A stretch of DNA of 64,000 bases from an uncultured Gemmatimonadales bacterium. GTDB taxonomy: Bacteria; Gemmatimonadota; Gemmatimonadetes; Gemmatimonadales; GWC2-71-9. Under the pieces are notes generated by a model. That model saw only the letters and a program-made list of their open reading frames with translations, had not been told where the DNA came from and ran no database searches. Shown here piece after piece: positions 10,031 through 25,285 of the stretch (its first letter is position 1; each line of letters opens with the position of its first letter). The translations under genes were made by a program, and so were the position numbers. The stretch is taken from positions 608,001 to 672,000 of the forward strand of contig CAWGSK010000012.1 in the NCBI GenBank assembly GCA_963825055.1. Reading direction: 5' to 3'.

Positions 10031-12005
10031 CCGGTGCCTCCCCGGCCCGGAAGGCCAGCATTCCGAGGGGCGGCAGGGTGATGTTGATCGACTGGGCCTG
10101 ACCGTGCCACTCGATGGGAGACGTCGAGACGCCGCCGAGGTTCCCCTGCCCACTGCCGCCGTACAGCTCGGCATCGCTGTTCAGGGCTTCGGCCCAGTAG
10201 CCGCCGCGTGGCACGCCGATCCGGTAGTTGGCCCGCAGCACCGGGGTGAAGTTGCAGGCGAAGACCAGCGTGTCGGCGGGATTCTCACCGTGGCGGAGGA
10301 AGGTGAGCGTGCTCTGTTCGGTATCGTTGCAGTCAATCCACTGGAAGCCCGCGGGGTCGGTGTCTTTCTGCCAGAGCGCCGGCTGGGCACGATAGAAGGT
10401 GTTGAGGTCCCGCATCCACCTCTGGAGGCCGGCGTGGGCGGGCGCATCCAGCAGGTGCCAGTCCAGGCTGCTGTCGTGGTTCCATTCCCGCCACTGCCCG
10501 ATCTCCCCGCCCATGAAGAGGAGTTTCTTCCCGGACTGGCCGTACATGTAGCCGAACAGCAGGCGCAGGTTGGCAAACCGCTGCCACTCGTCGCCAGGCA
10601 TCTTGCCGACGAGCGAGCCCTTCCCGTGCACGACCTCGTCGTGGCTCAGGGGAAGGACGAAGTTCTCCGTCCAGGCGTACATGCTCCGGAAGGTGAGTTT
10701 GTTGTGGTGATATTTGCGATGGACCGGGTCCTGGGCGAAGTACTCGAGCGTGTCGTGCATCCAGCCCATGTCCCACTTCATCCCGAAGCCGAGTCCCCCG
10801 ACGTACAGTGGGCGTGAGACCATCGGCCAGGCGGTGGATTCCTCCGCGGTGGTCTGCGTGTCGGGCTGGTGCAGGTAGACCTCGCGGTTGCACTGCCGGA
10901 GGAACTCGAGCGCTTCCAGGTTCTCTCGCCCGCCGTGGATGTTGGGCACCCACTCGCCCTCCTTCCGCGAGTAGTCGAGGTAGATCATGCTGGCGACCGC
11001 GTCCACGCGCAGTCCGTCGGCGTGGAAGACCTCGAGCCAGTACAGCGCATTGCTGAGCAGGAAGCTCCGCACTTCGTGGCGGCCGTAGTTGAAGATGAAG
11101 CTGTTCCAGTCGGGGTGGAAACCCTGCCTCGGGTCCCCGTGCTCATAGAGATGCGTCCCGTCGAAGTACCCCAGCCCGTGTTCGTCCGTGGGGAAATGGG
11201 ACGGGACCCAGTCGAGGATTACGCCGATGCCGTGGCGGTGCAGCTGGTCCACCAGGAACATGAAGTCCTGCGGGCTGCCATACCGCGATGTCGGCGCGTA
11301 GTAGCCCGTCGTCTGGTAGCCCCAGGACCCGTAGAACGGGTGCTCCATGACGGGGAGGAATTCCACGTGGGTGAAGCCCATGTGTTGCAGGTACTCCACC
11401 AGGAGCGGGGCCATCTCGCGGTAGCTCAGGTGCGCGGCGGGATCGCCGGGGCGGCGCCAGCTTCCCAGGTGCATCTCGTAGACGCTCATAGGCGCGTCCA
11501 GGGCGTTTTTCCCCGCCCGGTCGCGCATCCACTCGCTGTCGCCCCAGTCGTACTCGAGGGACCAGACCCTGGAGGCGGTCCGGGGCGCTTCCTCCGCGTA
11601 GGCGGCATAGGGATCAGCCTTGTCGGCCCCGTAGCCACCCGGCGTGTCGATCCGGTACTTGTAGGCCTGGCCCCGGGCCACGCCGGGAATGAAGCCTTCC
11701 CAGATCCCGGACGACCCGCGCCGGCTCAGGTGGTGCCGCCCCGGGTCCCAGTCGTTGAAGTCGCCGACGACGCTGACGGTCCCTGCATTGGGCGCCCAGA
11801 CAGCAAAGCGCACCCCGGGTGTTCCGTCCACCTCCATCAGGTGCGAGCCGAGCCGCTCCCAGAGCCGCAGGTGGTTGCCCTCGTTGAAGAGGTACAGGTC
11901 CTGGTCGGAGATGGCGGACCCTTCCTGCCATACGGGGCCGCGCTCCGGCGGTGCTGCCGGGGCCGTCGGGCGTCGGGCCCGTGGCTTGGATGTCGATTTT
12001 GCCAT
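10023..12005 (-). CDS. glgB: 1,4-alpha-glucan branching enzyme
   Basis: [59 protein letters not shown]. Confidence 0.98.
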   Translation of the reverse strand: MAKSTSKPRARRPTAPAAPPERGPVWQEGSAISDQDLYLFNEGNHLRLWERLGSHLMEVDGTPGVRFAVWAPNAGTVSVVGDFNDWDPGRHHLSRRGSSGIWEGFIPGVARGQAYKYRIDTPGGYGADKADPYAAYAEEAPRTASRVWSLEYDWGDSEWMRDRAGKNALDAPMSVYEMHLGSWRRPGDPAAHLSYREMAPLLVEYLQHMGFTHVEFLPVMEHPFYGSWGYQTTGYYAPTSRYGSPQDFMFLVDQLHRHGIGVILDWVPSHFPTDEHGLGYFDGTHLYEHGDPRQGFHPDWNSFIFNYGRHEVRSFLLSNALYWLEVFHADGLRVDAVASMIYLDYSRKEGEWVPNIHGGRENLEALEFLRQCNREVYLHQPDTQTTAEESTAWPMVSRPLYVGGLGFGMKWDMGWMHDTLEYFAQDPVHRKYHHNKLTFRSMYAWTENFVLPLSHDEVVHGKGSLVGKMPGDEWQRFANLRLLFGYMYGQSGKKLLFMGGEIGQWREWNHDSSLDWHLLDAPAHAGLQRWMRDLNTFYRAQPALWQKDTDPAGFQWIDCNDTEQSTLTFLRHGENPADTLVFACNFTPVLRANYRIGVPRGGYWAEALNSDAELYGGSGQGNLGGVSTSPIEWHGQAQSINITLPPLGMLAFRAGEAPAD

Positions 12006-12042
12006 ACTGCGTCACCTTCCCCGCCCGGGGCGGGCTCCGGCA

Positions 12043-15402
<3,360 letters not shown>

Positions 15403-15416
15403 GCCTCGCCTTTCGT

Positions 15417-17456
15417 CTAGAGGTAGTAGTCGAAGTCCTGCTCCGTCCTGAGACGCCGCCGCACGCGGAAGATGTGCGCGGGCACCGCCGTGGGTTCCAG
15501 CGCGACGTAGTTGACCGGTCCGTGCCAGAGGTAGCGGGCATCGCCCAGCAGGTCGTGGACCTGGTAGGGATGTCCGGTGTCGATCCCCAGGTCATCCAGT
15601 GCCAGGGTGACCCATCCCTGCTGGGCACGGTGCGGATCCAGGTTCACCACCACCAGCATGAGGTTCGTGCCGTCGCCGCTCACCTTGGAGTAGGCGATCA
15701 ATGCCGGATTGTCCACCGGGTGGAAGCGCAGCGAGCCATTGCGATGGAACGCGGCGTTGTCCCGCCGGATCGCGTTCACCCGCGTGATGAAATCGCGCAG
15801 GCTGCCCGGCTGGTCCAGGTCCCACCACCGTACCTGGTACTTCTCGGAATCCAGGTACTCCTCGGTGCCGGGGACTCCCCGGACGTCCACCAGCTCGAAC
15901 GCCGGTCCGTACACGCCGTAGCTGGCGGTGAGCGTGGCGGCGAGCACCAGCCGGGCGCGTGATGCTGCCCGCCCGCCGTTCTGGAGGTACTCGTGCAGGA
16001 TATCCGGGGTGTTCACGAAGAAGTTCGGCCGGAGGTACTCGCTGACCTCCGTCTGCGTGAGCTCGGTCAGGTAGTCCTCGAGCTCCGCCCGGGTGTTCCG
16101 CCAGGTGAAATAGGTATACGACTGCGAGAATCCCACCTTGGCCAGGTATTCCATCACCCGGGGGCGGGTGAACGCCTCGGAAAGGAACACCACGTCGGGG
16201 TGCCGGTTCCGAACTTCGCGGATCATCCATTCCCAGAAGGCAAACGGCTTGGTGTGCGGATTGTCCACGCGAAAGATCCGCACCCCGTGCTCCACCCAGA
16301 ACAGGACCACGTCGCGCAGCGCGGCCCACAGGCCCCGCCAGTCAGGGTTCTCGAAGTGGAGCGGATAGATATCCTGGTATTTCTTGGGCGGGTTCTCCGC
16401 GTACTGGATAGTCCCGTCAGGGCGATGGCGGAACCACTCGGGGTGCTCCCGCACCCAGGGATGGTCCGGGGCAGTCTGGAACGCGATGTCCAGGGCCACC
16501 TCCAGATCGAGCGCGGCGGCGTCACGGACGAACCGGTCGAAGTCCTCCAGCGTGCCGAGCTCGGGGTGGACGGCTGTGTGGCCACCCTCATCGGCCCCGA
16601 TGCCCCAGGGGCTGCCGGGATCGCCGGGGGAGGACACGGGATTGTTGTTGGGCCCCTTGCGGTGGGCCCGTCCGATCGGGTGGACCGGCGGCAGGTAGAC
16701 GACATCAAAGCCCATCGCGGCCACGTAGGAGAGCCGGTCAGCGGCGTCGCGCAGCGTCCCGTGGCGGCCGGGTTCAGGCGAGGCCGAACGCGGGAAGAAC
16801 TCGTACCACGCCCCGACCGCCGCCCGCTCGCGCTCGACCTCCACCCGCAGCGCCTTATCATACCGGGCCGCGCGGGTGCGGTCGGGATGGAGCCGTGCAG
16901 CGGTGGCGACGGCTTCGGCAAGCGCGGCCTTTACCCGCTCATCCTGCGCACCGGATCCGCCGAGCACGCCGGCCGCCTCGCGCAGGTCAGCCGCATCGGG
17001 GCCGGCCGCCCTGTCCGCAGCGGCCCGCAGGAGTTCGGCGCCTTCCAGCAGCTCGCTGGAGACGTCCTGTCCGGCCTCGACTTTCTTGGCCAGCCCGGCG
17101 CGCCACGTCCCAAAGGCGTCGATCCAGCCCTCGACCGTATACTCCCAGAGCCCCAGACGCGGCAGCACGAAGCTCCCGCGCCAGCGATCGTTCCCGAGGG
17201 GTTCCATGGCGGATTCCTGCCATTCCCCCTCCCCTTCCCGCCAGCGCAGCACCGCAGCCACGGCATCGTGGCCTTCGGTGAACACGTCTGCCTCGACCGT
17301 CAGTGCGTCGCGCACGACGCGCTTGACCGGAAAGCGGCCGCAGTCCACCTCCGGACGGACGCCCTCCACCATCACCCGGGTGGGCGGCTGGGCCGGCGCG
17401 GCACGCCCGGCCGTGGCTGCCGACTTGCGGCGCGTCCCTGGCCGGGCATCAGTCAT
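15417..17456 (-). CDS. glgE: Alpha-1,4-glucan:maltose-1-phosphate maltosyltransferase
   Basis: [56 protein letters not shown]. Confidence 0.98.
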   Translation of the reverse strand: MTDARPGTRRKSAATAGRAAPAQPPTRVMVEGVRPEVDCGRFPVKRVVRDALTVEADVFTEGHDAVAAVLRWREGEGEWQESAMEPLGNDRWRGSFVLPRLGLWEYTVEGWIDAFGTWRAGLAKKVEAGQDVSSELLEGAELLRAAADRAAGPDAADLREAAGVLGGSGAQDERVKAALAEAVATAARLHPDRTRAARYDKALRVEVERERAAVGAWYEFFPRSASPEPGRHGTLRDAADRLSYVAAMGFDVVYLPPVHPIGRAHRKGPNNNPVSSPGDPGSPWGIGADEGGHTAVHPELGTLEDFDRFVRDAAALDLEVALDIAFQTAPDHPWVREHPEWFRHRPDGTIQYAENPPKKYQDIYPLHFENPDWRGLWAALRDVVLFWVEHGVRIFRVDNPHTKPFAFWEWMIREVRNRHPDVVFLSEAFTRPRVMEYLAKVGFSQSYTYFTWRNTRAELEDYLTELTQTEVSEYLRPNFFVNTPDILHEYLQNGGRAASRARLVLAATLTASYGVYGPAFELVDVRGVPGTEEYLDSEKYQVRWWDLDQPGSLRDFITRVNAIRRDNAAFHRNGSLRFHPVDNPALIAYSKVSGDGTNLMLVVVNLDPHRAQQGWVTLALDDLGIDTGHPYQVHDLLGDARYLWHGPVNYVALEPTAVPAHIFRVRRRLRTEQDFDYYL

Positions 17457-20400
17457 CGGCTGCCCTCCGGGGACACTGGACTCGAGGGCGTGCGGAACAC
17501 CATGACCGAGCGGCCCCGGACGCGGGCCCGCCCGCCGCGGCGCGCGGAGCGACGCGCCCAGTGGAGGCCGCCCGTGTCCAGAATGCGCTCCCAGGCCCGA
17601 CCCTCGCCGGCCGGCGGGATGCTGAACGTGATGGTCTCGGCGCCTGCGTTGAGCAGGAGCAGGAAGGTGTCATCAGTGATCGGCTCGCCATCGGCATCCG
17701 TCTCCTCGATGCTATCGCCCGCGAGGCGTACCATCAGCGCGCGGGCATAATCGGTGTCCCAGTCCCGGTCGGTCATCTCCCGGCCGTCAGGCTCATACCA
17801 CGTCAGGTCCTGCACGTCGCGGCCGCGAATCCGCCGGCCCTGGAAGAACTGGCGGCGCCGGAACACCGGATGGTCGCGGCGCAGGGAAATCACGTAGCGG
17901 CAGAAGGCGAGGAGGTCCCGGTCGGGCTTGTCGAGGTCCCAGTGGATCCAGCTGAGGGGGTTATCCTGGCAGTACGCGTTGTTGTTGCCGAGCTGGGTCC
18001 GGCCCATTTCGTCGCCGGCCACCAGCATCGGTACCCCCTGACTCAGCAGCAGGGTCGCCAGGAAGTTGCGTTTCTGGCGCTGGCGGAGGGACTGGATGGC
18101 CTGGTCGTCAGTCGGGCCCTCGACGCCGCTGTTCCAGCTCAGGTTATTGGATTCGCCATCGCGGTTCTCCTCGCCGTTGGCTTCATTGTGCTTCTCATTA
18201 TAGGACACCAGGTCCTGCAAGGTGAACCCGTCGTGTGCCGTGACGAAGTTGATACTGGCGTACGGACGGCGCCCGCTGCGGCTGTACAGGTCGCTGCTGC
18301 CGGCGAGCCGGGTGGCGAATTCGGACATCTGGCCGCCGTCGCCGCGCCAGAAGCGACGGACGTTGTCGCGGTATTTCCCGTTCCACTCGGTCCAGAGCAC
18401 GGGAAAGTTCCCGACCTGGTACCCACCCTCGCCAACGTCCCAGGGCTCCGCGATCAGCTTCACCTGGGAGAGGACTGGGTCCTGGTGAATGATATCGAAG
18501 AAGGCGCTCAGCTTGTCGACCGCAAAGAGCTCGCGCGCCAGCGCGCTGGCAAGGTCGAACCGGAAGCCGTCCACCCGCATCTCGAGGACCCAGTACCGCA
18601 GGCTGTCCATGATCAACTGGAGCACGCGCGGGTTCAGCATGTTGAGCGTGTTGCCGGTGCCGGTGAAGTCCTCGTAGAAGCGGGGCTCCCTCGGCGACAG
18701 CCGGTAATAGGCGGCGTTGTCGATCCCGCGTAGCGAGAGCGTGGGCCCCAGGTGGCTTCCCTCCGCGGTATGGTTGTAGACCACGTCGAGAATGACCTCG
18801 ATCCCCGCGGCGTGGTACGCCCGCACCATCGACTTGAATTCGCGGACCGCCTCGCCGGGCGCCGGGTTGGCGGCGTACCGCAGGTCCGGCGCGAAGAAGG
18901 CGAGGGTGTTGTAGCCCCAGTAGTTGGTCAGCCCGTTGTCAACGAGGTGGCGGTCAATCGCGTGATGGTGCACCGGCATGAGCTCGACCGCCGTGACGCC
19001 GAGGCTCCGGACATGGCGGATCACCGGCTCGGACGCGAGGCCGGCGTAGGTTCCGCGCAGCGGTTCCGGCACTTCCGGGTGCAGGCGCGTGAATCCCTTG
19101 ACGTGCAGTTCGTAGATGATCGTCTCGTGCCACGGGGTAGCGGGTGCGCGATCGTCCGCCCAGGTGAACGCGGTGTCGACCACCGCCCCGAGCGGGGCAA
19201 AGGGCGCATTGTCGCGCTCGTCCATGCTGAGATCGGCATCGGGCCCGTTCACCGTGTAGCCGAACATCTCATCCGCCCACGCGAGCGGACGCCCGATCGC
19301 CTTGGCATACGGATCCAGCACGACCTTGTTCGGATTGAACCGGTGGCCATGCCTGGGGTCCCACGGCCCATGGACGCGGTATCCATAGAGCTGGCCCGGG
19401 CGCACCCCGAGGACGCGGCTGTGCCAGACCATGTCCGTCTGCTCCACCAGCGGAACCCGGATGGATTCCCTTTCCGCCCCCGGCCCGTCGAACAGGCACA
19501 GCTCGACCGCCGTGGCGTGCTCCGAAAAAATCGCGAAGTTCACGCCAAGGCCGTCCCAGGTGGCCCCGAGGGGATACGGGGTGCCGGGCTGTGTTCGCAT
19601 CACGGGCAGGGCTCCAGTCGGGTATCGTGGGCCATCGGGCACCACGGCGGTGCCGGCCAGCAGGGGAAACCGGTCCAGCGGCCCGTCGACGGGAAGTCCG
19701 GGACGTTCCCGTCCCTCGACGGGCAGGGGGAGGCCGGCAAAGACGTCCTTCAGCCGCACATCCCGCCAGTCCTGAGGAAGAACGATAGTCGTATCGGCCC
19801 AGAGGCCCGAATCCCAGGGCCAGGCGTCCCCCTGCGCCAAGTGACCGGCCACGAGCCGGGGCACGGCCCCCACCAGGACCCGATCCCCGTGGCGCCGGGC
19901 GAACGCCAGGAGCGAGCGGGACATGGGCCCACGAACCTCGAGGGGCTCCCAGGTGCCCTCCAGGAACAGGCCCGGCATGGCGGAGCGAAGCCGCAGCAGG
20001 ACGGCGTGGACCCACAGCTTGATGCGGCCGTCCAGCCGGTCGCGCCGAAGTCCCTCCAGAAACCGCTCGTCCGTCGCCGCCTCCCGGTCCAGGTGCGAGA
20101 GCAACTCCTGCCGGCGACGGAAGTCCACCGGGCGCCGGTTGTCGGGATCCACGAGCCGGAGGTCCCAGAGCTCGCTGCCCTGGTAACAGTCCGGCACGCC
20201 CGGGGCGAGGTGTCGCAGGGCGACCTGGGACAGGCCGGCCACCATGCCCGCATCGGCCACCCTTCGCTGGAAGGGCACGAAGGACTCGAGGAATCTCCCC
20301 GAGCGGGGCCCGGTGAGACAGGCGCGCACCAGGGCGGTCATGCCGGCCTCATATTCCTGGCCCGGTGAAGCCCAGCTGGTGTGCCGCTTGGCCTCACGCA

Positions 20401-22516
20401 CCACCTTGCGCATGTATTCCTCGAGTCGATCCGCCAGCGCCTCACGCCCTGGCGCATCCATCGGATCCCCCGGCGCGGGCCAGACCCCGGTCAACACCTG
20501 GTAGAAGTGGTACTCATCGTTGCGGTCGGGAAGAAGCAGGCCCTGGCGGCGCGGGGCGCGCACCAGCCGGCTCCACGCGCGGACAGCGGCGCTCCAGGCC
20601 TCCGGCATCTCGGACAGCACGCCGATCCGGACCCGGACGTCTTCGCCGCGTTTCATGTCATGGGTCGCGGTCGCGAGCATGGCGGCGGGCCAGTGCTCCC
20701 GGCGGCGCGCGCACGCCGCGTGGAACTCTCCGGGCGCCATGCTGAAACGGGCGGGCTCGCCACCCACCTCATTGAGCGAGACCAGGAGGTTGTAGCGGTA
20801 GAACGCGGTGTCCTCGATGCCCTTGGCCTGCACCGGTCCGGTGTACTGCTGGAACCGCCGCCGGAAATGGCGGCGCTCACGCGAGAGCGCGGTCGGTGCC
20901 ACTGCCTCGCGCGGCGGCAGCAGTACGCGTTCCAGGAACTGCAGGATGGAGGGCTCCATCGTGGGATTGCGCCGCCGGACCCCGGCGAGCGCGCGCGTGA
21001 CGGTCGCGCGGTCCTCCTCACTCGCCTCACCCCCCGCCACATAGGTCCGGTAGACCGGGAAGCATGCCACGAGCTCCTGCAGCACATCCCGGAGGCTGTT
21101 GAGGGTGAAGTCCCGCGTCCGCCGGTCCATCTCCGAGAGCCGGTTGAGGTCGTGGGCGAGGACATTCAGCTCACTCGCCATGGCATTGGCCATGATGTGC
21201 TTCTTGGCCGCGTACGCGACATCCGCGAAGGGGGCACGTTTCCCGGTGAACTGCCGGCAGATGCGCCAGAGCGGCGTTTCGCCCTCCGGCTCCACCAGGA
21301 CGGCCTGGACGTCGTTCAGGAAGTCGTACCCTGTCGTCCCCGCAACCGGCCACGCCACCGGCAAGGACTCGGCCGGGCCCAGCACCTTCTCGACCACGAT
21401 CCACGGGGCGCCCGATGTCAGGCGCATGGCGCCGCGGGATTCCCTCGACAGGCGATCCAGGTAGCCGGCCGGGTCGTACAGCCCGTCCACGTGGTCCACC
21501 CGGACCCCGGTGACGCCACCCGCCTCCATGAGGTCGAAGAGCCGGCGATGCACCGCATCGAACACGTGCGGTTCCTGCACGCGGAGGCCGCCAAGCTCGT
21601 TGATATCGAAGAAGCGCCGGTAATTGATCTCGTGGCTCGCCGTCCGCCAGTACGCCAGGCGCCAGTGCTGCCGCTGCAGCAGCCCGTGCAGGGCATCGAA
21701 GCTCCCCGGCTCACCCGCCCTGCCGTTCATCGCGGCGACCGCCTGTCTGATGCCGTCCATGAGGACGGGTTCGCGTGACGCCAGCGCGGCGAGACGAAGT
21801 CGCTCCGCTTCCGCCAGGGCCGCGCGGTCCTCCCGCCAGCGTTCTCCCTCCTCACCCCGGTCCGGCAGCGATCCAAGGCGGGCCATGATGCTCCGCAGTT
21901 CCGCCAGTTCCGGTGATCCCGCCCCCCGGACGGGCGCGAGGCGGTCGAGGGCGTGCACCAGGATGATGGGCCATGTGGCCGGGCTGACCGGGAGGTTCAG
22001 CGCGCCGTAGTGCAGCTGGAAGGCGCCGTCGTCGAAGTCGAGACGGAGGCCCCCGTCCTCCAGCACGTCGCCGTACGGCTTGCCGAGTACGGGCAGGAGC
22101 ACCTTCCCCGCGAGTTCGTCCTTGAGCGGATACCAGTCGATATCGAACGCCGAGGCCCATCGCGAAGCCGGCCCGTGCGCAAGCACGTCCCGCCACCACG
22201 TGTTCGCTCCCGGCTCGAGCCCGACATGGTTCGGGACGATGTCCGCGACGAGTCCCATCCCGTGCGACGCGAGCGCAGCCGCGAGCTGGTCGAATCCCTG
22301 ATCGCCCCCGAGCTCCGGATTGATCCGGCCGTGGTCTACCGTATCGTACCCGTGACGGCTGCCCGGGCGGGCCATGAAGAAGGGAGAGGTATAGAGATCG
22401 GTGATGCCGAGGGTGTGCAGATACGGTACGAGGGCCGCAGCTTCCGCGAAGCCAGCGTCCCGGTGGAGCTGCAGGCGGTAGGTGGCGAGAGGAATGCGGG
22501 CGGGGCGGTCAGCCAG
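17453..22516 (-). CDS. treY: In-frame fusion of malto-oligosyltrehalose synthase (TreY, N-terminal) and glycogen debranching enzyme (GlgX, from ~19600)
   Basis: Tre[73 protein letters not shown]. Glg[56 protein letters not shown]. No stop between them; start either CTG 22516 (good SD) or ATG 22582. Confidence 0.92.
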   Translation of the reverse strand: MADRPARIPLATYRLQLHRDAGFAEAAALVPYLHTLGITDLYTSPFFMARPGSRHGYDTVDHGRINPELGGDQGFDQLAAALASHGMGLVADIVPNHVGLEPGANTWWRDVLAHGPASRWASAFDIDWYPLKDELAGKVLLPVLGKPYGDVLEDGGLRLDFDDGAFQLHYGALNLPVSPATWPIILVHALDRLAPVRGAGSPELAELRSIMARLGSLPDRGEEGERWREDRAALAEAERLRLAALASREPVLMDGIRQAVAAMNGRAGEPGSFDALHGLLQRQHWRLAYWRTASHEINYRRFFDINELGGLRVQEPHVFDAVHRRLFDLMEAGGVTGVRVDHVDGLYDPAGYLDRLSRESRGAMRLTSGAPWIVVEKVLGPAESLPVAWPVAGTTGYDFLNDVQAVLVEPEGETPLWRICRQFTGKRAPFADVAYAAKKHIMANAMASELNVLAHDLNRLSEMDRRTRDFTLNSLRDVLQELVACFPVYRTYVAGGEASEEDRATVTRALAGVRRRNPTMEPSILQFLERVLLPPREAVAPTALSRERRHFRRRFQQYTGPVQAKGIEDTAFYRYNLLVSLNEVGGEPARFSMAPGEFHAACARRREHWPAAMLATATHDMKRGEDVRVRIGVLSEMPEAWSAAVRAWSRLVRAPRRQGLLLPDRNDEYHFYQVLTGVWPAPGDPMDAPGREALADRLEEYMRKVVREAKRHTSWASPGQEYEAGMTALVRACLTGPRSGRFLESFVPFQRRVADAGMVAGLSQVALRHLAPGVPDCYQGSELWDLRLVDPDNRRPVDFRRRQELLSHLDREAATDERFLEGLRRDRLDGRIKLWVHAVLLRLRSAMPGLFLEGTWEPLEVRGPMSRSLLAFARRHGDRVLVGAVPRLVAGHLAQGDAWPWDSGLWADTTIVLPQDWRDVRLKDVFAGLPLPVEGRERPGLPVDGPLDRFPLLAGTAVVPDGPRYPTGALPVMRTQPGTPYPLGATWDGLGVNFAIFSEHATAVELCLFDGPGAERESIRVPLVEQTDMVWHSRVLGVRPGQLYGYRVHGPWDPRHGHRFNPNKVVLDPYAKAIGRPLAWADEMFGYTVNGPDADLSMDERDNAPFAPLGAVVDTAFTWADDRAPATPWHETIIYELHVKGFTRLHPEVPEPLRGTYAGLASEPVIRHVRSLGVTAVELMPVHHHAIDRHLVDNGLTNYWGYNTLAFFAPDLRYAANPAPGEAVREFKSMVRAYHAAGIEVILDVVYNHTAEGSHLGPTLSLRGIDNAAYYRLSPREPRFYEDFTGTGNTLNMLNPRVLQLIMDSLRYWVLEMRVDGFRFDLASALARELFAVDKLSAFFDIIHQDPVLSQVKLIAEPWDVGEGGYQVGNFPVLWTEWNGKYRDNVRRFWRGDGGQMSEFATRLAGSSDLYSRSGRRPYASINFVTAHDGFTLQDLVSYNEKHNEANGEENRDGESNNLSWNSGVEGPTDDQAIQSLRQRQKRNFLATLLLSQGVPMLVAGDEMGRTQLGNNNAYCQDNPLSWIHWDLDKPDRDLLAFCRYVISLRRDHPVFRRRQFFQGRRIRGRDVQDLTWYEPDGREMTDRDWDTDYARALMVRLAGDSIEETDADGEPITDDTFLLLLNAGAETITFSIPPAGEGRAWERILDTGGLHWARRSARRGGRARVRGRSVMVFRTPSSPVSPEGSR

Positions 22517-22538
22517 GAGGGACTCCTCTGGATTGGTG

Positions 22539-22571
22539 AGTCGGCAGTCGGCAGTCGGCAGTCGGCAGTCG
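22539..22571. repeat. Heptamer tandem repeat (AGTCGGC) x~4.7
   Basis: Read directly; same unit recurs at 34394-34448. Confidence 0.95.
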
Positions 22572-22708
22572 TCCCTAAACATGATATGTCGTCATCGATC
22601 ATGCTGTGACGAGTGGCACCAGCCCGGCCTGAAGCGCGCCGGCATCGTTCGCGGTGTCATCCGTGCCGCCGTGATTGTCAGTTCCCTCACGGGTGCTGCG
22701 CTTCCGCC

Positions 22709-25285
22709 CTAGTAATCAAAACCGAAGCTCACGTACAGGGCGGTGCGCTCCTCGTTGTTGGCCAGGGAGATGGTGAGGTTGTTCTGGGGATTGATGAACC
22801 CGAGCGACACGCCGCCGCCGAAGGCCGTGTGCCAGGTATCGGACCGCTCGCCATCGGCAAACACGCGCCCGACATCGCCAAAGCCGAACAGCATGAGCCG
22901 GACCGGGAAGATGTACAGTGGTACGCGGCCGACCGGAACGCGGAGCTCGGCGTTGCCGTAGAGTGATCCCTCGCCGGCAAACCGGTCCTGGGCGTAACTC
23001 CGGAGGTTGCCGACCCCGCCGAGGTAGGCCGCATCGTAGAACGGGAACTCCCCCCACACGCGCCGTCCGCCGGCGCGGAGGGCGATGACGGGCGCCATCG
23101 GCACCGGCAGCGCATGGTAAGCCCGCGCCTCAGCGGTCAACGCCCCGTAGGCGGCGTCGAGATCCCAGACGGCGGGATAGTACTCTCCCGTGAAGGCGAG
23201 GACGGTGCCGGAGGCGGCGTAGTGCGGCGACTCGCGGGTATCTCTGCGGGCTCGGAGCTCGACACCGGCCTGGCCGACCGACCCCAGCCCCGCGGCGCCC
23301 AGCATGGCGAGCCGCCCGGCATCATCAGAGACCGTCCCGTAGCGGACGACGGGGCCCACCGAGAACTCCGTCCAGGGCTTCGGATTGTACGCCAGCGCCA
23401 TGTGCAGGCGGTATTCGCCGCGGTCCACGCGCCACTCCGGTCCATCGCCGCCCGCCGTCGCGTTGCCGAAGCCGTAGAAGCGCAGGACACCCAGCTCCGA
23501 CCAGGCACCCTCCATGCGCAGGTGCCAGCCGCTGGACTCCTGGCGCACGTCCCCCTCCAGGTTCACTCCCGATGCGTCATACCCCGCTGCATGCTGGTAA
23601 CGAAGCTCCCAGTCGCTGGAATAGGGACGCTTGCGGAAGCCCCCCTTCTGGTAGCGCGCCCCCAGGGTGTACACGACACCCAGGTCATCCTCGAAGGCCA
23701 GGTTGACCAGCGGTCCAACGTACCCCCCGTGATCTGGTGGAGGAGGGACCAGGGAATCCCGCCCCGGGACGAGCGGCCGGCGGTCGAGCGAATCAGGCGG
23801 ACCGTACTCGATGCCACGGGTGGGACCCTCGTCGTAGAGCCGTATGTATCCCTCCGGCCGCGAGTCCACCAGGTGGTTGTCGCCGTTCCCGCCGATTACA
23901 CGGACCACGATCGGCGAATGCCGGGCACCCGCGATGGTGGCGGAGTCGTCGCCGCCGTGCAGGTAGACCCGGAGCTGAGAAGTCTCTTCCGGGTGGAAGG
24001 TGCGGTGAAACCACCTCCCCACCCCGCTGCTGTCTCGCGCGTCGGCCAGTGACAGCGTCACCGACCCGTCGCCGGCGTATTCCACCCGGGCTCTCTCTGC
24101 CGCGTCGGTGGCATGAATGTCCACCACGCCCGCCAGGGACCGGTAGAATTTTGCGGCAATGTCGGGCAGGCCCGTCCTGCGGGCGCGGAGCTTCCCGGCC
24201 AGCCGGGCGGTGTCGGCCACGGAATAGCTGGGCGGCAGCTGTGCCACCGCCCGGCTGATCACGCGGTCGTCCAGGCGTGCCTGCAGCGCCCGGGCGACAG
24301 AATCGAACACCGGGCGTTCCAGGCCGGAGAGGAGCCGCCGGTCGAGCATGACACTGTTCAGCGTCAGGCCCTTGAGCGAGGGGTACGTGGAGTCGAATGC
24401 GATCAGCTTCGGTACGACGAACCGGCCGACCGAAATCAGGAAGCCGTCGAAATGGACGAAGGCCTGGTCCCGGTCCCGCGGGATGGGAACCCACCGCAGG
24501 TGGTCGCCGGCGGGCCGCCGGATCCATCGCCACTGGTCGGCGTGACGGTCCCAGTCGTTGATCCACATGTCGAACAACCGCGCCATGAGATACGTGCGCG
24601 CGTCCACCTGGTGTTCCGGATCCTCGTTCAGGCGCTCGAACAGCTCCTCGGTCCCCACGATCTTTCGCGCGCCGCGGAAGCCGGGCGTGTCGTCTGGCCC
24701 CTCGTCCGGCCGTTGCTCGATCAGGCCCAGCATGCCGGCGAAGCGCTCCCGGAACTCACCCAGCCGGGGGTCGTCCGGCATCACGCGCAGCCGCGGATTC
24801 ACGTGGGGGATGCCAGTGGCGTCAAGCAGCTCGCCAACCACGAGCCCGCCGAGCGGGTACATCGAGCTCACCTCGTCCTGGAAGAGGCGGTGCACCAGGC
24901 TGCCGCGCAGGTCCGCCGGGACGATGGTGGTCAGGTCCTTGTCCACCGACCGGAACACGAACTCCTGCCCCTCTGCATTCTCGAAATGGAGGGAACTGGT
25001 CTGCATCCCGCCGCCAACCTCGGTGGGAGTGAGGCCGCCGCCAAAGGTGGCGAGGTCGAGCACTGCCACGCGCACCGGCGTGTCCCAGGCGCGCCGATGA
25101 TTGCCGCCGAAGAGGAACCGGTGGAAACCGCCTGCCCGGTACCGGGCCCCGGGCACGATGGTGACGGAATCCGCTCCCGGCGGCGGGGGCTCATGTCCCT
25201 GGAGACGGTCCTGGGCGGCAAGCAGAGCCGGCAGGCACGCCAGTGACGCGGCGAGCAGGGACACAGGCAACGAGGGCACGGTCAT
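22709..25285 (-). CDS. Omp85/BamA-TamA-like outer membrane protein with N-terminal atypical kinase-like domain
   Basis: Signal peptide from ATG 25285 (ATGA overlap); GGGMQT, DWDRHADQW, PIPRDRD; C-terminal barrel strands with LRSY-DRF, YGNAELR, FGDVGRV and terminal SFGFDY. Confidence 0.85.
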   Translation of the reverse strand: MTVPSLPVSLLAASLACLPALLAAQDRLQGHEPPPPGADSVTIVPGARYRAGGFHRFLFGGNHRRAWDTPVRVAVLDLATFGGGLTPTEVGGGMQTSSLHFENAEGQEFVFRSVDKDLTTIVPADLRGSLVHRLFQDEVSSMYPLGGLVVGELLDATGIPHVNPRLRVMPDDPRLGEFRERFAGMLGLIEQRPDEGPDDTPGFRGARKIVGTEELFERLNEDPEHQVDARTYLMARLFDMWINDWDRHADQWRWIRRPAGDHLRWVPIPRDRDQAFVHFDGFLISVGRFVVPKLIAFDSTYPSLKGLTLNSVMLDRRLLSGLERPVFDSVARALQARLDDRVISRAVAQLPPSYSVADTARLAGKLRARRTGLPDIAAKFYRSLAGVVDIHATDAAERARVEYAGDGSVTLSLADARDSSGVGRWFHRTFHPEETSQLRVYLHGGDDSATIAGARHSPIVVRVIGGNGDNHLVDSRPEGYIRLYDEGPTRGIEYGPPDSLDRRPLVPGRDSLVPPPPDHGGYVGPLVNLAFEDDLGVVYTLGARYQKGGFRKRPYSSDWELRYQHAAGYDASGVNLEGDVRQESSGWHLRMEGAWSELGVLRFYGFGNATAGGDGPEWRVDRGEYRLHMALAYNPKPWTEFSVGPVVRYGTVSDDAGRLAMLGAAGLGSVGQAGVELRARRDTRESPHYAASGTVLAFTGEYYPAVWDLDAAYGALTAEARAYHALPVPMAPVIALRAGGRRVWGEFPFYDAAYLGGVGNLRSYAQDRFAGEGSLYGNAELRVPVGRVPLYIFPVRLMLFGFGDVGRVFADGERSDTWHTAFGGGVSLGFINPQNNLTISLANNEERTALYVSFGFDY

